Shown in pieces: positions 27,244-36,852 of a DNA stretch of 52,831 nt. The stretch is from Planctomycetota bacterium (lineage in GTDB: Bacteria; Planctomycetota; UBA11346), in the NCBI GenBank assembly GCA_038213805.1, contig JBBQSO010000031.1, forward strand, positions 1 to 52,831. Reading direction: 5' to 3'. A program made the position numbers and the translations under genes. A model generated the notes under the pieces. That model made no database searches. It worked only from the letters and a program-made list of their open reading frames with translations, and was not told the DNA's origin. Each line of letters starts with the position of its first letter. Within the stretch, counting starts at the first letter, position 1.

Positions 27244-28344
27244 ATGGTCATCGCCATCGACGGGCCGGCGGGCGCGGGCAAGAGCACGGTCACGCGCGCC
27301 CTGGCCAAGCGCCTCGGGCTGCTCTTCCTCGATACCGGCGCGATGTACCGCGCCGCGACCGTCAAGCTGCTCGAGGCGCATGTCGACCTCGAGGACGCGG
27401 CCGCGGTCGCCGCGCTGGTCGAGAAGCTTGACGTCGGCTTCAACGAGGCCGGCGAGGTGCGTGTCGACGGCGTCGACATGCCGCAGGAGCGCATCCGCGC
27501 GCCGGCGCTGACCAGCGAGATCTGGCGCGTCGCCAACAACCCGCGCTGCCGCGCCCACCTCGTCGCGCTGCAGCAACGCCTGGTGCGCGGCCGCGACGCG
27601 GTGGTCGAGGGCCGCGACGCGACCACGGTGATCTGCCCCGACGCGCAGCTCAAGGTCTTCCTCGATGCCAGCCCCGAAGAGCGCGCGCGCCGCCGCCTCG
27701 CCGAGTGGCCGGCGGGCGAGCCGCTGCCACCGCTCGGTGAGGTGGTCGCCGAGATCATCAAGCGCGACCAGCGCGACCGCGACCGCGAGGTCGGCGCGCT
27801 GACCCTGACCGACGACGCCGTGCACCTGTTCAGCGACAGCCTATCGACCAACGAGGTGATCGCGCGCATCACCGCCTACGCGGTGCAGCGCCAGCCCTTC
27901 CTGCTCGAGAAGATCGTCGGCGACCAGCTCATCGTCGGGCGCAGCCGCCAGCCCGGCTACGTCAGCGTCGCGGTCGGCGACCTGCCCGGCGACGGCGGCG
28001 GCTGGCAGCTCGGCCTGACCAACCCCTCGCCCGACCGCATGCCCGACTCGACCACCGCCTTCGCCTGCAACCGCGGCGGCCGCCAGGCCGGCACCGTCGT
28101 CCAGGGCGCCGCCATCCTGTGCCTGGCCGGCCGCGGCGCGGAGCCCGGCCACATCGTCGGCCTGCCGATGCTGCCGCAGAGCTGGTACATCATCGAGCCC
28201 GGCGCCTGGCACGCGGTGGTGCAGGCGCACGGCACCATCTGCGCCTGGGCGGAAGCGGCGGGGATCAGCGAGGAGCGCCGTGAGCTGAGCTTCGCGCAGC
28301 TGGCGGAGCTGAAGGCGTACCTCGAGGTCTACCTGCCGCATTGA
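27244..28344 (+). CDS. cmk: Cytidylate kinase with about 150-aa C-terminal cupin-like extension
   Basis: IAIDGPAGAGKST, LDTGAMYR, VEGRD, RDQRD; extension contains WYIIEPGAWH. Confidence 0.9.
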   Translation: MVIAIDGPAGAGKSTVTRALAKRLGLLFLDTGAMYRAATVKLLEAHVDLEDAAAVAALVEKLDVGFNEAGEVRVDGVDMPQERIRAPALTSEIWRVANNPRCRAHLVALQQRLVRGRDAVVEGRDATTVICPDAQLKVFLDASPEERARRRLAEWPAGEPLPPLGEVVAEIIKRDQRDRDREVGALTLTDDAVHLFSDSLSTNEVIARITAYAVQRQPFLLEKIVGDQLIVGRSRQPGYVSVAVGDLPGDGGGWQLGLTNPSPDRMPDSTTAFACNRGGRQAGTVVQGAAILCLAGRGAEPGHIVGLPMLPQSWYIIEPGAWHAVVQAHGTICAWAEAAGISEERRELSFAQLAELKAYLEVYLPH

Positions 28345-28516
28345 GGCGCGCCCGGGCTGCGTGGGCGGATGGCATGTGACAAGCAACCGGCGGCCGAGGA
28401 CGTGTGCCTGCGCTGGGTGTCCTGTCGGGTGATGCAGATCGCGCAACGGCGATGTAAGCATCGGTAATTTTCCATCGCGACCCGCGATGCAACGACCCAC
28501 CCGCGTCCTGGTAATC

Positions 28517-29557
28517 ATGCCCATGCGCCTTGTCCCCACCGCCGTGCTCCTCGCCATGACCTTCGCCGCAGCCGCAGCCGAGCACGACGGCGGTCTCGAC
28601 GATGCCAACCTGCGCTTCATCGGCCGCTGGGATCGCAGTGACGCCGCCGTCGCGCACAGCTACTGGAGCACCGCCTACCTGCGCGCCGCCTTCACCGGTA
28701 CGACCGTGCGCGTCCGCCTCGCCGCCTGGGTGGGTTTCGAAGCGTCCATCGACGGCCGTGCGGTGGCGGACGTGCCCTTCCCAGGTGGGATCGACCTCAC
28801 CCCGGTCGCGCTCGCCGCCGGCACCCACACCCTGGTGTTCGCCGCCGCTGGGCAGAATCACGAGCTCGCCTTCCAACGCCTCATCCTGGATCCCGGCGCG
28901 ACCACCCAGGCGCTGGCGGAGCGGCCGCTCATCGAATTCGTCGGCGACTCGATCACCGCCAACGGCGGGCGCGTCGCTGCCGACACGAGCAGCGCGGAAG
29001 GCCCCGCGACCAGCAACTATTCCTGGCTGACGGCCGAGGCGCTCGGCTGCGACCACGTGCAGGTCGCCTTCAGCGGCGTAGCCCTGGCCACCGGCTCGGG
29101 ATTCTTCGGCGACCGGACTGGCTTCGACAGCTGGTACTTCAAGCTCAAGAACTGCAACCACGCTGCGGACAACGCGGCGTGGACCTTCACCTACGCGCCG
29201 CGCCTGGTGGTGGTCAACCTTGGCACCAACGACGTCAAGGACGGCAAGCGGCCCAGCGACGACGAGTTCGCCGTGACCTACGCGACCTTCCTGCGCGCCG
29301 TGCGCGCGCGCCTGCCGCACAGCACCCTGGTCGGAGTGCGGCCCTTCGGCGGCTTCCAGGGCGGCGGCGTGGCCAAGGCGGTCGCGGCCATGACCGCCGC
29401 TGGCGATCCGGCGGTGCGCTTCGTCGACACCAGCGGCTGGCTGGAGAAAGCGGATTATAGCGATGGCATCCATCCCACCGTGCCCGGGCACGCCAAGGCG
29501 GCGGCGAAGTTGACGGAGGCGCTGCGCGCAGTGCTCGCGGAGCCGGCTACGCACTGA
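28517..29557 (+). CDS. Secreted SGNH/GDSL esterase (CE2-like)
   Basis: Signal peptide; RFIGRW, IEFVGDSIT, VNLGTND, DGIHP. Confidence 0.85.
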   Translation: MPMRLVPTAVLLAMTFAAAAAEHDGGLDDANLRFIGRWDRSDAAVAHSYWSTAYLRAAFTGTTVRVRLAAWVGFEASIDGRAVADVPFPGGIDLTPVALAAGTHTLVFAAAGQNHELAFQRLILDPGATTQALAERPLIEFVGDSITANGGRVAADTSSAEGPATSNYSWLTAEALGCDHVQVAFSGVALATGSGFFGDRTGFDSWYFKLKNCNHAADNAAWTFTYAPRLVVVNLGTNDVKDGKRPSDDEFAVTYATFLRAVRARLPHSTLVGVRPFGGFQGGGVAKAVAAMTAAGDPAVRFVDTSGWLEKADYSDGIHPTVPGHAKAAAKLTEALRAVLAEPATH

Positions 29558-29805
29558 GACCGGCTGGCGCCAGCCGGATTGCGCGCAGGCGGAGCAACGC
29601 GACACGCCATTGGCGCGTCGCCGGTCCTGACGATTGCTCCGACGCGCAGAGACGGTAGATTCAAGGGTGCGTTGCGCTTCAGGAGCGCGTGATCGGGGTT
29701 CCGTCGCTCACTATGCACGCTTGCTGCTGGAAATGCCGCCCGCGCCCGCCACGCTCCGCCCTTCGCACCGTGCCCGAAACCGGCCATAGAACGAAGGAAT
29801 GCCCC

Positions 29806-30159
29806 ATGGCGATGACCGACGCGCAGCGCGTCTATCTGAATGCCCACAACATCCTCAGCCAGGAAAAGTCCAAGGACAAGGCCGCGCGCGTCCTGAAATC
29901 CCGTGGCATGCCCGAGGCGCAGGCGCGCGCGCTGATCGATGAGGTCTTCCGCGACAACCAGGCGGCCAACCGCAAGACGGCGTACGTCAAGATCGGGCTC
30001 AGCGCGCTCAGCCTGGTGGCCTTTGGCGCGGTCTTCCTCTTCACCGGCCGCCTGTTCTTCATCATCCTGCCGCTGGCGGCGATCGGCTTCCTGTGGGGCC
30101 TGATCAAGGCGCTGACGGCCGACGGCTTCGATATCGAGTCGGGTGGCAGCGACGAGTAG
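29806..30159 (+). CDS. Hypothetical membrane protein (2 TM)
   Basis: AAGGA RBS; codon bias; two C-terminal hydrophobic helices. Confidence 0.75.
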   Translation: MAMTDAQRVYLNAHNILSQEKSKDKAARVLKSRGMPEAQARALIDEVFRDNQAANRKTAYVKIGLSALSLVAFGAVFLFTGRLFFIILPLAAIGFLWGLIKALTADGFDIESGGSDE

Positions 30160-30209
30160 CCGGTTGACCGCCGCTGCGTAGATTGGCCGCTGCGCAAGGA
30201 GAGCAGGCC

Positions 30210-30668
30210 GTGACCAAATATGTCATTCTGCTGGTGCTGATCGCGCTGATGGCGCTGGCCGTGGGCTTGGCCTTCCGCCACCCCATCCCGGCACCAGTCA
30301 CACCCAGCGATCCGGTGGTCATCTGCGGGCAAGCGCTCCACCTGCCGCTCGAGGTTGGGTACGTGGATATGCTCCTCGATGGCGGGACGATGATCTTCGG
30401 GGCGAAGGATGCGGCCGGCTCGACCTATGGCTTCGTCTGCCAGTACGGTCGCGGAGCGGACCGGTTCCGCGTGCTGTCTTTCAGCGTCGGCCTGCCGGTC
30501 TACGATGAGACGACGAATCCGCCGCTCACCGCGATCACCGCGAACGAGCCGCTGGTGAGGAACCTCCTCTACCACAGCATGGCCGCGGCCGGTTTCCACG
30601 GCAGCCGGATGGAGAAGGCCATGGCGCAGCAACTCTATCCGAGCCTGGTTGAGCGGTATCGCGATTAA
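30210..30668 (+). CDS. Hypothetical membrane-anchored or secreted protein
   Basis: AAGGAG RBS, GTG start, N-terminal hydrophobic helix. Confidence 0.65.
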   Translation: MTKYVILLVLIALMALAVGLAFRHPIPAPVTPSDPVVICGQALHLPLEVGYVDMLLDGGTMIFGAKDAAGSTYGFVCQYGRGADRFRVLSFSVGLPVYDETTNPPLTAITANEPLVRNLLYHSMAAAGFHGSRMEKAMAQQLYPSLVERYRD

Positions 30669-30680
30669 AGCCGATCGCGA

Positions 30681-30831
30681 GCGGCTGGCGGCTGGCGGCT
30701 GGCGGCGGACAGCTCGTCGGCAGAATCAGTTTCCTAAGCGCAGCCCACCGCACCCATGTGCGAAGTAGCATGACGGCAGAAACCGGCGCTCGCGCCGGTT
30801 TCTGCCATCAGCCATCAGCCATCAGCCATCA
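30681..30831. repeat. Opposed heptamer arrays and hairpin between convergent genes
   Basis: (GCGGCTG)x3 from 30681; hairpin 30771-30810; (GCCATCA)x4 at 30804-30831. Confidence 0.8.
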
Positions 30832-31929
30832 CAGCTCCATCGGCTTCATCGCGAATCCCGGAAACACCGCCCCCGCATCGCTGGCCCCATGGCGCTGCAG
30901 TACCGGCCACAGCACGTCGCGGTAATCGTTGGCCATCGGCACGTCGCCCGGGCCCTCGAGCAGGTCGCTGGTCAGGCCGGGCCACGCGCCGTGCACGCCG
31001 CCACGCACGCCGCCGCCCAGCACCAGGCAGGCGCCGCCGCGGCCGTGGTCGGTGCCCAGGCTGGTGTTCTCGGCAACGCGCCGGCCGAATTCGCTGATCA
31101 CCACCACGCTGACCTGGGAGAGCTCGGGTCCGAGGTCGGTGGCGAAGGCCCCCAAGCCCTGGCCGAGCGCGGCCAGGCGCGGCGTGATCACGGTGTCCTG
31201 CACGAAATGGCTGTCCCAGCCCTCGAGATCGACGCAGGCCGCGCGCAGCCCGACGCCGGCCTTCAGCAGGCGCGCGACCAGGCGCAGACGCGCGCCGAAA
31301 TCGGCAGCCAGCGCGCCGTGCGCGGCCGCGGTGGGATAGCTGGCGCCGTGATCTGGAACGTCGGACGCGCGGCGCAGGGCATCGAGCCGGCGGTTTGCAG
31401 CGAGGGCCGCCAGAGCGGGCTGGCCGAGCAGCGCGTCGCCGCCGGTCAGCGCGGCGAGGCCGGCGAGCAGGTGCGGATCCTCGTCGTCGCCAAGCTCGGC
31501 GAGGGCGGTGAGCGCGGTTGCGGTGGGCGCGCCGCGCAGGCTCTCGCCGACCGCGCTGCCCATGGTCACGGCGTCGAGCACGCCCAGGCCGCCGCCGCCC
31601 TGCGTGTGGCGCAGGAAGCGGCCGAGCCAGCCGCCCGCGACCGCGAGGCCGCCGTGGTCCATCAAGTCCTGAGCGTAGAAGTGCGAGCGCGTGGCGTCGT
31701 CGCTGCCGCAGGCATGCACCACCGCGAGCGCGCCGTCATCGAAGCAGTGGCCGAGCGGCGCGAGCAGCGGATGCAGCTCGAAGCGGTCGTCGAGGCGGTG
31801 GCCGGCGCCCGGCTTCAGCGCCAGGGTCGGCCGTGCGCGCTGATACTCCGCATCATGCGTCGGCGCCACCAGGCTGAGCCCGTCGGCCCCACCGCGCAGA
31901 AACACCACCACCAGCGCACGTCCGTCCAT
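30829..31929 (-). CDS. DUF1501 family protein
   Basis: LVVVFLRGGADGL, TRSHF, GWDSH, SEFGRR..EN...GTDHG. Confidence 0.9.
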   Translation of the reverse strand: MDGRALVVVFLRGGADGLSLVAPTHDAEYQRARPTLALKPGAGHRLDDRFELHPLLAPLGHCFDDGALAVVHACGSDDATRSHFYAQDLMDHGGLAVAGGWLGRFLRHTQGGGGLGVLDAVTMGSAVGESLRGAPTATALTALAELGDDEDPHLLAGLAALTGGDALLGQPALAALAANRRLDALRRASDVPDHGASYPTAAAHGALAADFGARLRLVARLLKAGVGLRAACVDLEGWDSHFVQDTVITPRLAALGQGLGAFATDLGPELSQVSVVVISEFGRRVAENTSLGTDHGRGGACLVLGGGVRGGVHGAWPGLTSDLLEGPGDVPMANDYRDVLWPVLQRHGASDAGAVFPGFAMKPMEL

Positions 31930-31938
31930 GGCATTCCC

Positions 31939-33408
31939 TCAGCAGCGTTGGCAGGCGGGTGCAGCGAGCGCCAACGCCAGGGCGTGGCGGTCGGCAGAAG
32001 CCAGCGCCGCGCCCTCGGCGGCGTCGGGCTGGCGGCCGAACAGGTGCGCGGCCAGGGCCGGGACGCCGCCGTAGCGCGCCACCAGCGCGGATCCGTCGAT
32101 GCTGGTGCCGGGCAGCGCTCCGCGTGCCAGCGCACCAGCGAAACGCCAGCGCCACAGCAGCGTGCCGGTCCAGGCCTCGGCGCGGTCGGGCTGGCCGTCG
32201 GGCGTGGGGAACTGGAAAGGAAGGTGACCCATGCGCCCGAGCCAGGCGAGCAGCGCGGGATCGGCGCTGGTCTCGGCAGCGGTGCTGCGCAGGCACGCGG
32301 CGACGTAGTGGAAGGGCCGCTTGAGCTTGGCGCCGCGCATTTCAGGAGCGCGGAACTCTGCGCAGCCGGTCAGCGCGCGCATGGTCGCCGCCAGATCGCC
32401 GCCGCTGGCGGTGAAGGCCGCGGCGACCGTTGCCACTGCGCCGGCCGGCGGCTGGTCGGCGATGAAACGCCGACACAGCTTGGTTGCGAGATGGCGGGCG
32501 GTGGCTGGATGCTCCGCGACGATCGCGATCACGCGCTCCACATCGCCTGCGCCGCCACCGGCGGGGATGGCGTGGCCGAGCACGCGCTTGGCGCCGTCGT
32601 CGTGGGCGGCGGCGATGAACTCGACGCTGCCCTTGAACCAGCGGTGGCGGTCGCGCACCGTCCAGCCGCTCAGGCAGCGCGCCACCTCCATGACGTCCGC
32701 CTGCGTGTAGCCGCCATCGACGCCAAGCGTGTGCAGTTCGAGCAGCTCGCGCGCGTAGTTCTCGTTTGGGCGCGCCGAACTTCCGTCGACGCGGTTCACC
32801 CGCCCGTCGAGGTACCACAGCATCGCCGGGCTGAGCATCACCGCGCGCAGCAGCTCGGCGAAGCGGCCGAGCGCGCGCGGGCGGATGACGTCGCGGTCGT
32901 AAGCCACGGTGACCCAGGCGCACTCGCCCTTCGACATGTCGACGTTGAAGTGGTCGTGCCAGAAGTGGCAGAGCTGCTCGTGCAGCTGGCGCGTGGAATG
33001 GACCGCGCGCAGCAGCGTCGCCGCGGTCAGCTCGTGGAGCAGCACGCTTTCGCGGAATTCGTAGAGCTCGCCAAGCGGCTGGGCGAGGGCCTCGCGCCGC
33101 CGTACCAGGCGCTCACAGCGCGCATCATCGATGGTCGTGGGTACGAGCTGGCGGTCGAGCCAGCGCGTCACCGCCTCGTCCGGCGTGGGTCCGAGCGCGA
33201 GCAGCGCGGCGCGGTCGTCCGGGTGCTCGCCGAAGGTCAGCCGGCGCAGCACGTGCGCTACCAGGTCGGGTTCCGCAGCGGGGTTGACCGCCACCGCCGG
33301 CAGCGCGGACGCGCCGAGCAGCGCGCTGCCGGCCGCGCCGGGATCGCAGCCGGCCACGCCGAGCAGCCCGGCGCCACCAGCGACCAGCAGCGCGCGCCGC
33401 GTGATCAC
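31939..33408 (-). CDS. DUF1800 family protein with Tat/lipoprotein signal
   Basis: TRRALL...VAGC; FWHDHF, PNENYARELLELHTLG, ARCLSGW; GTGA overlap with upstream gene. Confidence 0.9.
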   Translation of the reverse strand: MITRRALLVAGGAGLLGVAGCDPGAAGSALLGASALPAVAVNPAAEPDLVAHVLRRLTFGEHPDDRAALLALGPTPDEAVTRWLDRQLVPTTIDDARCERLVRRREALAQPLGELYEFRESVLLHELTAATLLRAVHSTRQLHEQLCHFWHDHFNVDMSKGECAWVTVAYDRDVIRPRALGRFAELLRAVMLSPAMLWYLDGRVNRVDGSSARPNENYARELLELHTLGVDGGYTQADVMEVARCLSGWTVRDRHRWFKGSVEFIAAAHDDGAKRVLGHAIPAGGGAGDVERVIAIVAEHPATARHLATKLCRRFIADQPPAGAVATVAAAFTASGGDLAATMRALTGCAEFRAPEMRGAKLKRPFHYVAACLRSTAAETSADPALLAWLGRMGHLPFQFPTPDGQPDRAEAWTGTLLWRWRFAGALARGALPGTSIDGSALVARYGGVPALAAHLFGRQPDAAEGAALASADRHALALALAAPACQRC

Positions 33409-33929
33409 GCCGGCTGCTCCGGCGTCGTAGCGACGAGCGGCGCCAGGGCGGGCCGCGTACCGCGCAGGGCCATCAGCGCCGCGCCCAGACCGCTGACCAG
33501 CGACCACGGCAGGATGACGAACCAGCCGATCAGCGGCAGCAGGAAGACCAGGGCCAGCACCACCCCGCCGCGCAATACGCGCCGCCACGGTTGCCCAGCA
33601 TCCGTAGGCGACCCCAGTCCGGCGCCGACGCGCAGGGCCAAGCCGGCAGAGCCGAGCAGGGCAAGCAGCAGCGGCACGGTCAGCACGAGCAGCACCGCGA
33701 GGTTGAGCACCGGGTGGCCGATCTTCGTCAGCGCCAGGCCGGCGACGAGCGCCGGCACCAGCACCGCCAGGCCGAGCAGCGTCGCCGCAATCGGCCGCCG
33801 TCCGTAGCGCTCGCGGCTACCCTCGACCAGAGTCGGAAAGAGTGCGTAGGCGCCGAGCCAGTGGGCGATGAACACCAGCAGTCCTCCGCAGATGAGCAGA
33901 AACCAGGTGAGGACGTCGGCCATGATCAT
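33405..33929 (-). CDS. Hypothetical integral membrane protein
   Basis: 4-5 hydrophobic helices; translationally coupled on both sides. Confidence 0.8.
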   Translation of the reverse strand: MIMADVLTWFLLICGGLLVFIAHWLGAYALFPTLVEGSRERYGRRPIAATLLGLAVLVPALVAGLALTKIGHPVLNLAVLLVLTVPLLLALLGSAGLALRVGAGLGSPTDAGQPWRRVLRGGVVLALVFLLPLIGWFVILPWSLVSGLGAALMALRGTRPALAPLVATTPEQPA

Positions 33930-34333
33930 GGGAGGGTCTCCGCGGTACGGGTACGGGGGTCGAACCAGGCGTCGACGGCGCTGAACACGCGCGCCGGCGA
34001 CCAGCCGCCGCCGGTAAGGGAGGCGAGGGCGGGGGGATGCGGGGGCGCAGGGATGAAGGCGGTGCTGGGCAGCGTCCAGACGGGTACGCCCGGCGCGGAC
34101 ACCAGGCTGGCGGCCGCGCCCAGGCCAAGCAAGCAGGCGAGGAACAGCGCGGCGGCGGTGGCCAGGCCGCGCCACGTGCGCGCGGCCTCGCGCTGCTGGC
34201 GGATGACCGCCAAGCCCAGCTGCGCGAGCCGCGCGGCCTGCACTTCATCGGCAACGACGGCTGGTTCCGCGGCCCGGCGCGCGCGCGCGGCGAGCTCCTG
34301 CCAGCGCCGATCGAACTCGTCTGACGCGTTCAT
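33926..34333 (-). CDS. Putative single-pass anti-sigma factor
   Basis: ATGA-coupled to the ECF gene; short cytoplasmic N-terminus, one TM, Pro-rich tail. Confidence 0.65.
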   Translation of the reverse strand: MNASDEFDRRWQELAARARRAAEPAVVADEVQAARLAQLGLAVIRQQREAARTWRGLATAAALFLACLLGLGAAASLVSAPGVPVWTLPSTAFIPAPPHPPALASLTGGGWSPARVFSAVDAWFDPRTRTAETLP

Positions 34334-34914
34334 GGCCGCGGCTCCCGGCCGACCAGGACGCGCAGCCGCAGGCGCGCGCGGAAGGCGCGCACCTTGACCA
34401 GTGGCCGGCTCCAGCCGGTCATGGCGCTGATCTCGGCGACGCTGCGCTGTTCGAGGTCGAGCAGGGTCAACACCAGGCGGTCGTCCGGCGCGAGCCGACC
34501 GAGCAGGGCGTCGACCACTTCGCGTGCGGCCTCGGCGTCGTCGGCCGGCCGCCGCGCGCCGTCCTGGAGCGCGGCGAACTGGTCCGCCGCGGCCGGTGAC
34601 AGGCTCTGCAGGCGCGGCCGGCGCCGCTCCGCACGCAGGGCGTCGCGGCAGACGTTCACCGCAAGACGCGCGAGCCAATGCTCGAACGGGACCTGGGCGC
34701 GGGCTTCGTAGCGGTGCAGGCGGGCAAACATGGTGAGATAGACCTCCTGCAGCAAATCGTCATCGCTGTGCGTGGCAGCGCGGTGCGCGCGGACCAGTTT
34801 CAGCACCAGCGCCCGGGTGTGGACGACCAGCGCCTGGGCGGCGTCCTGATCGCCGTCGCCCACCCGTCGCACGCAGGTCGCCATGTCGAATCCGGGATCC
34901 GGCACGGCACCCAC
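34330..34914 (-). CDS. ECF sigma-70 factor
   Basis: DDLLQEVYL, FEHWLARLAVNVCRD, SVAEISAMTGWSRPLVKVRAFRAR. Confidence 0.93.
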   Translation of the reverse strand: MGAVPDPGFDMATCVRRVGDGDQDAAQALVVHTRALVLKLVRAHRAATHSDDDLLQEVYLTMFARLHRYEARAQVPFEHWLARLAVNVCRDALRAERRRPRLQSLSPAAADQFAALQDGARRPADDAEAAREVVDALLGRLAPDDRLVLTLLDLEQRSVAEISAMTGWSRPLVKVRAFRARLRLRVLVGREPRP

Positions 34915-34937
34915 CCTAGCGACCTCTCATGCCGTTG

Positions 34938-34966
34938 ATAACGGCGGCGAGAGGCGGGCGGTTACA
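34938..34966 (-). promoter_or_regulatory. ECF-type promoter (probably autoregulatory)
   Basis: TGTAAC-N17-CGTTAT just upstream of the ECF RBS; matches the AAC/CGT ECF consensus. Confidence 0.65.
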
Positions 34967-35085
34967 GGATTGCGGACGCGGCAGCCGGTCAGGTCTGATG
35001 GCGACCCGTGGCCGGCTCTTTCCCTGTGGCATCTGCGCAGCACCCGCACCATCATGCCGAAATTCCACCCCCAGGTATCCACGCC

Positions 35086-35727
35086 ATGATCCGCCTCGTC
35101 CTGATCACCAGCGCCTGCTGCGTCGCGCTGGCCGTGCTCCTCGGCGTGGTCGTGACTGTCGGGAAGGCCTCCCGGGAACGGCGCGAGGCCCAGACCCCGG
35201 GCATGGCGGAGTTCAACACCGTCAACTCCGCGATCGTCGGCTACAAGGGCGACGATGCCCTCGGCAATGACGCCCTCGCGCAGAAGATCGGTACGGTCTT
35301 CTCGCACGACCTTGCCGAGATCCGCAGCGCCGCCTTCACCGGTGGCGACGCGCACGCCATGTCCCTGTCGGAAGGGCATTTCATCACCTACTGCCACGAG
35401 ACCCCCGAGGCGGTGGTGATCATCTGCCACGTTCCGCAGCTGCGCAAATTCGCCGGCGACGCCAAAGCCGCGCTGATGCAGTACGCGTGGAGGATCGCAC
35501 AGGGCGCGGTGACGTCGGTGGCGCCCGGCCGTTCCGGCAAGCTCTACGTCGGTCTGCGCGGGATCGCCCTCTACTACGAGATCTGGAGCGGCCCCCTCAC
35601 CGGCCCGGCGCAGAAGAAGCAGGAGCCGAAAGTCGGTCTCACCGAGATCTACGCGGTGTTCGCGCCGCAGGCCGCGATCGCAAAACCGGAGGCCGCGCCC
35701 GCAGCGGCCGGTGATGCCAAGCCGTGA
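35086..35727 (+). CDS. Hypothetical membrane-anchored protein
   Basis: N-terminal TM helix; codon bias. Confidence 0.75.
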   Translation: MIRLVLITSACCVALAVLLGVVVTVGKASRERREAQTPGMAEFNTVNSAIVGYKGDDALGNDALAQKIGTVFSHDLAEIRSAAFTGGDAHAMSLSEGHFITYCHETPEAVVIICHVPQLRKFAGDAKAALMQYAWRIAQGAVTSVAPGRSGKLYVGLRGIALYYEIWSGPLTGPAQKKQEPKVGLTEIYAVFAPQAAIAKPEAAPAAAGDAKP

Positions 35728-36085
35728 CGGAGGCAGTCCCTCGCGCGCGGTGATCGCGCAGCGCCTCCAGCAGCCCGTCACGACGGGCGAATGATCCTCA
35801 GCGCGGACGATGCGGTGCCGGTCGCCCCGGCGCGACTCGAGGTGGGCGCATCGGCACCTCCCTGGGCGGCCGTCCCGGACCCTGCGCGCTCGCAGCTCCT
35901 GGACGGACGTTCATTTCGCCTCTCCCGCTGCAACCGTCACAGCGACCTTCCGATCACCAACGGCACGGCCCATTTCGCCCAAACCTGGCGAGCGCACCGA
36001 CCAATGATTGGCGGTACCAACTCTAAAATCCTTCCCCTCCCAGCCTGTTTCGCCTCTCCAAGGGGGCAGCGCCGTAGGCGCGTTC

Positions 36086-36119
36086 GTTGGGGGAGGCGGC
36101 CTGATGCCGCTCCCCCAAC
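36086..36119. other. Hairpin immediately 3' of tRNA-Ser
   Basis: GTTGGGGGAGGCGGC...GCCGCTCCCCCAAC; no U-tract after it on the tRNA strand. Confidence 0.5.
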
Positions 36120-36128
36120 AAAAAGCAG

Positions 36129-36215
36129 CGGAGAGAGGGGGATTCGAACCCCCGATTGAGTTTCCCCAATGCCGGTTTTCGAAACCGGTGCCTTCAACCG
36201 CTCAGCCATCTCTCC
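36129..36215 (-). tRNA. tRNA-Ser(CGA), CCA not encoded
   Basis: GGAGAGA/TCTCTCC acceptor stem, anticodon arm CCGGT-TTCGAAA-ACCGG, long variable arm, GGTTCGAATCC T-loop. Confidence 0.96.
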
Positions 36216-36313
36216 AGACGTGATTCCGCGGCGGGCAGAACCCTAACGTACCAGGGTCGCTGGGCAACTGGCGGTCCGTATCCCCTGGCGGGGACTTGGC
36301 CTGGATGCGCGCC

Positions 36314-36709
36314 TCAGGCGTGCAGGGCGTCGCGCATCGTCATCATCGCCCGGGCCGCATCGCGGCGTGGGCAGCGTCCGGCGCAATCCTCAAGCGTCCG
36401 GCGCAGGGCGGTCTTCAGCGGCGGGGGGCAGTCGGGCAGGGCCTGGAGGAGCGGAATCTCGATGGCGTGCCAGGCCTTGGCGAGGGCATCGCCGTCGCCG
36501 CGCTGATCGAGGGTGCGCAGCAGGGTCAGGGCCTCGACGCAGCGTGACGCGCCCTGCACGCCCAGGACACGGGCGACTCCGGCGCGTTCGGCCCCGGCGC
36601 CCAGGCCGAGGCGCTGGCGCAGCCACCACCACAAGGTCGCGGCCACGGCGATCACCCCGATCAGGATGGCAGCGACGATCAGCAGGTGGTCGAGCTGTGC
36701 CGAGGTCAT
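36314..36709 (-). CDS. Hypothetical single-TM protein
   Basis: N-terminal TM helix; codon bias. Confidence 0.7.
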   Translation of the reverse strand: MTSAQLDHLLIVAAILIGVIAVAATLWWWLRQRLGLGAGAERAGVARVLGVQGASRCVEALTLLRTLDQRGDGDALAKAWHAIEIPLLQALPDCPPPLKTALRRTLEDCAGRCPRRDAARAMMTMRDALHA

Positions 36710-36852
36710 GGCGGTCCACTGTGCTGCTCCAGGACAAGGGTCAACGCATGGGGTTTCAGCAGGTCTACGGCCAGGCCCGGGGGCAGCCGCGTCTTTCTCG
36801 CCCCCCGTCTCTGGGCCCTCGCATCACGACCATGGCGACACGCGCAGCGAAC

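Noticed and set aside
35791..36159. 122-aa ORF beside the tRNA
   Set aside because: Overlaps the tRNA and hairpin, weak codon bias, no RBS
36201..36210. GATGGCT unit at the tRNA 5' end as source of the heptamer family
   Set aside because: Single copy that is ordinary tRNA-Ser acceptor/D-arm sequence; chance match
28400..36215. Genomic island integrated at tRNA-Ser
   Set aside because: No integrase, no duplicate of the tRNA 3' end found by eye, no obvious compositional shift
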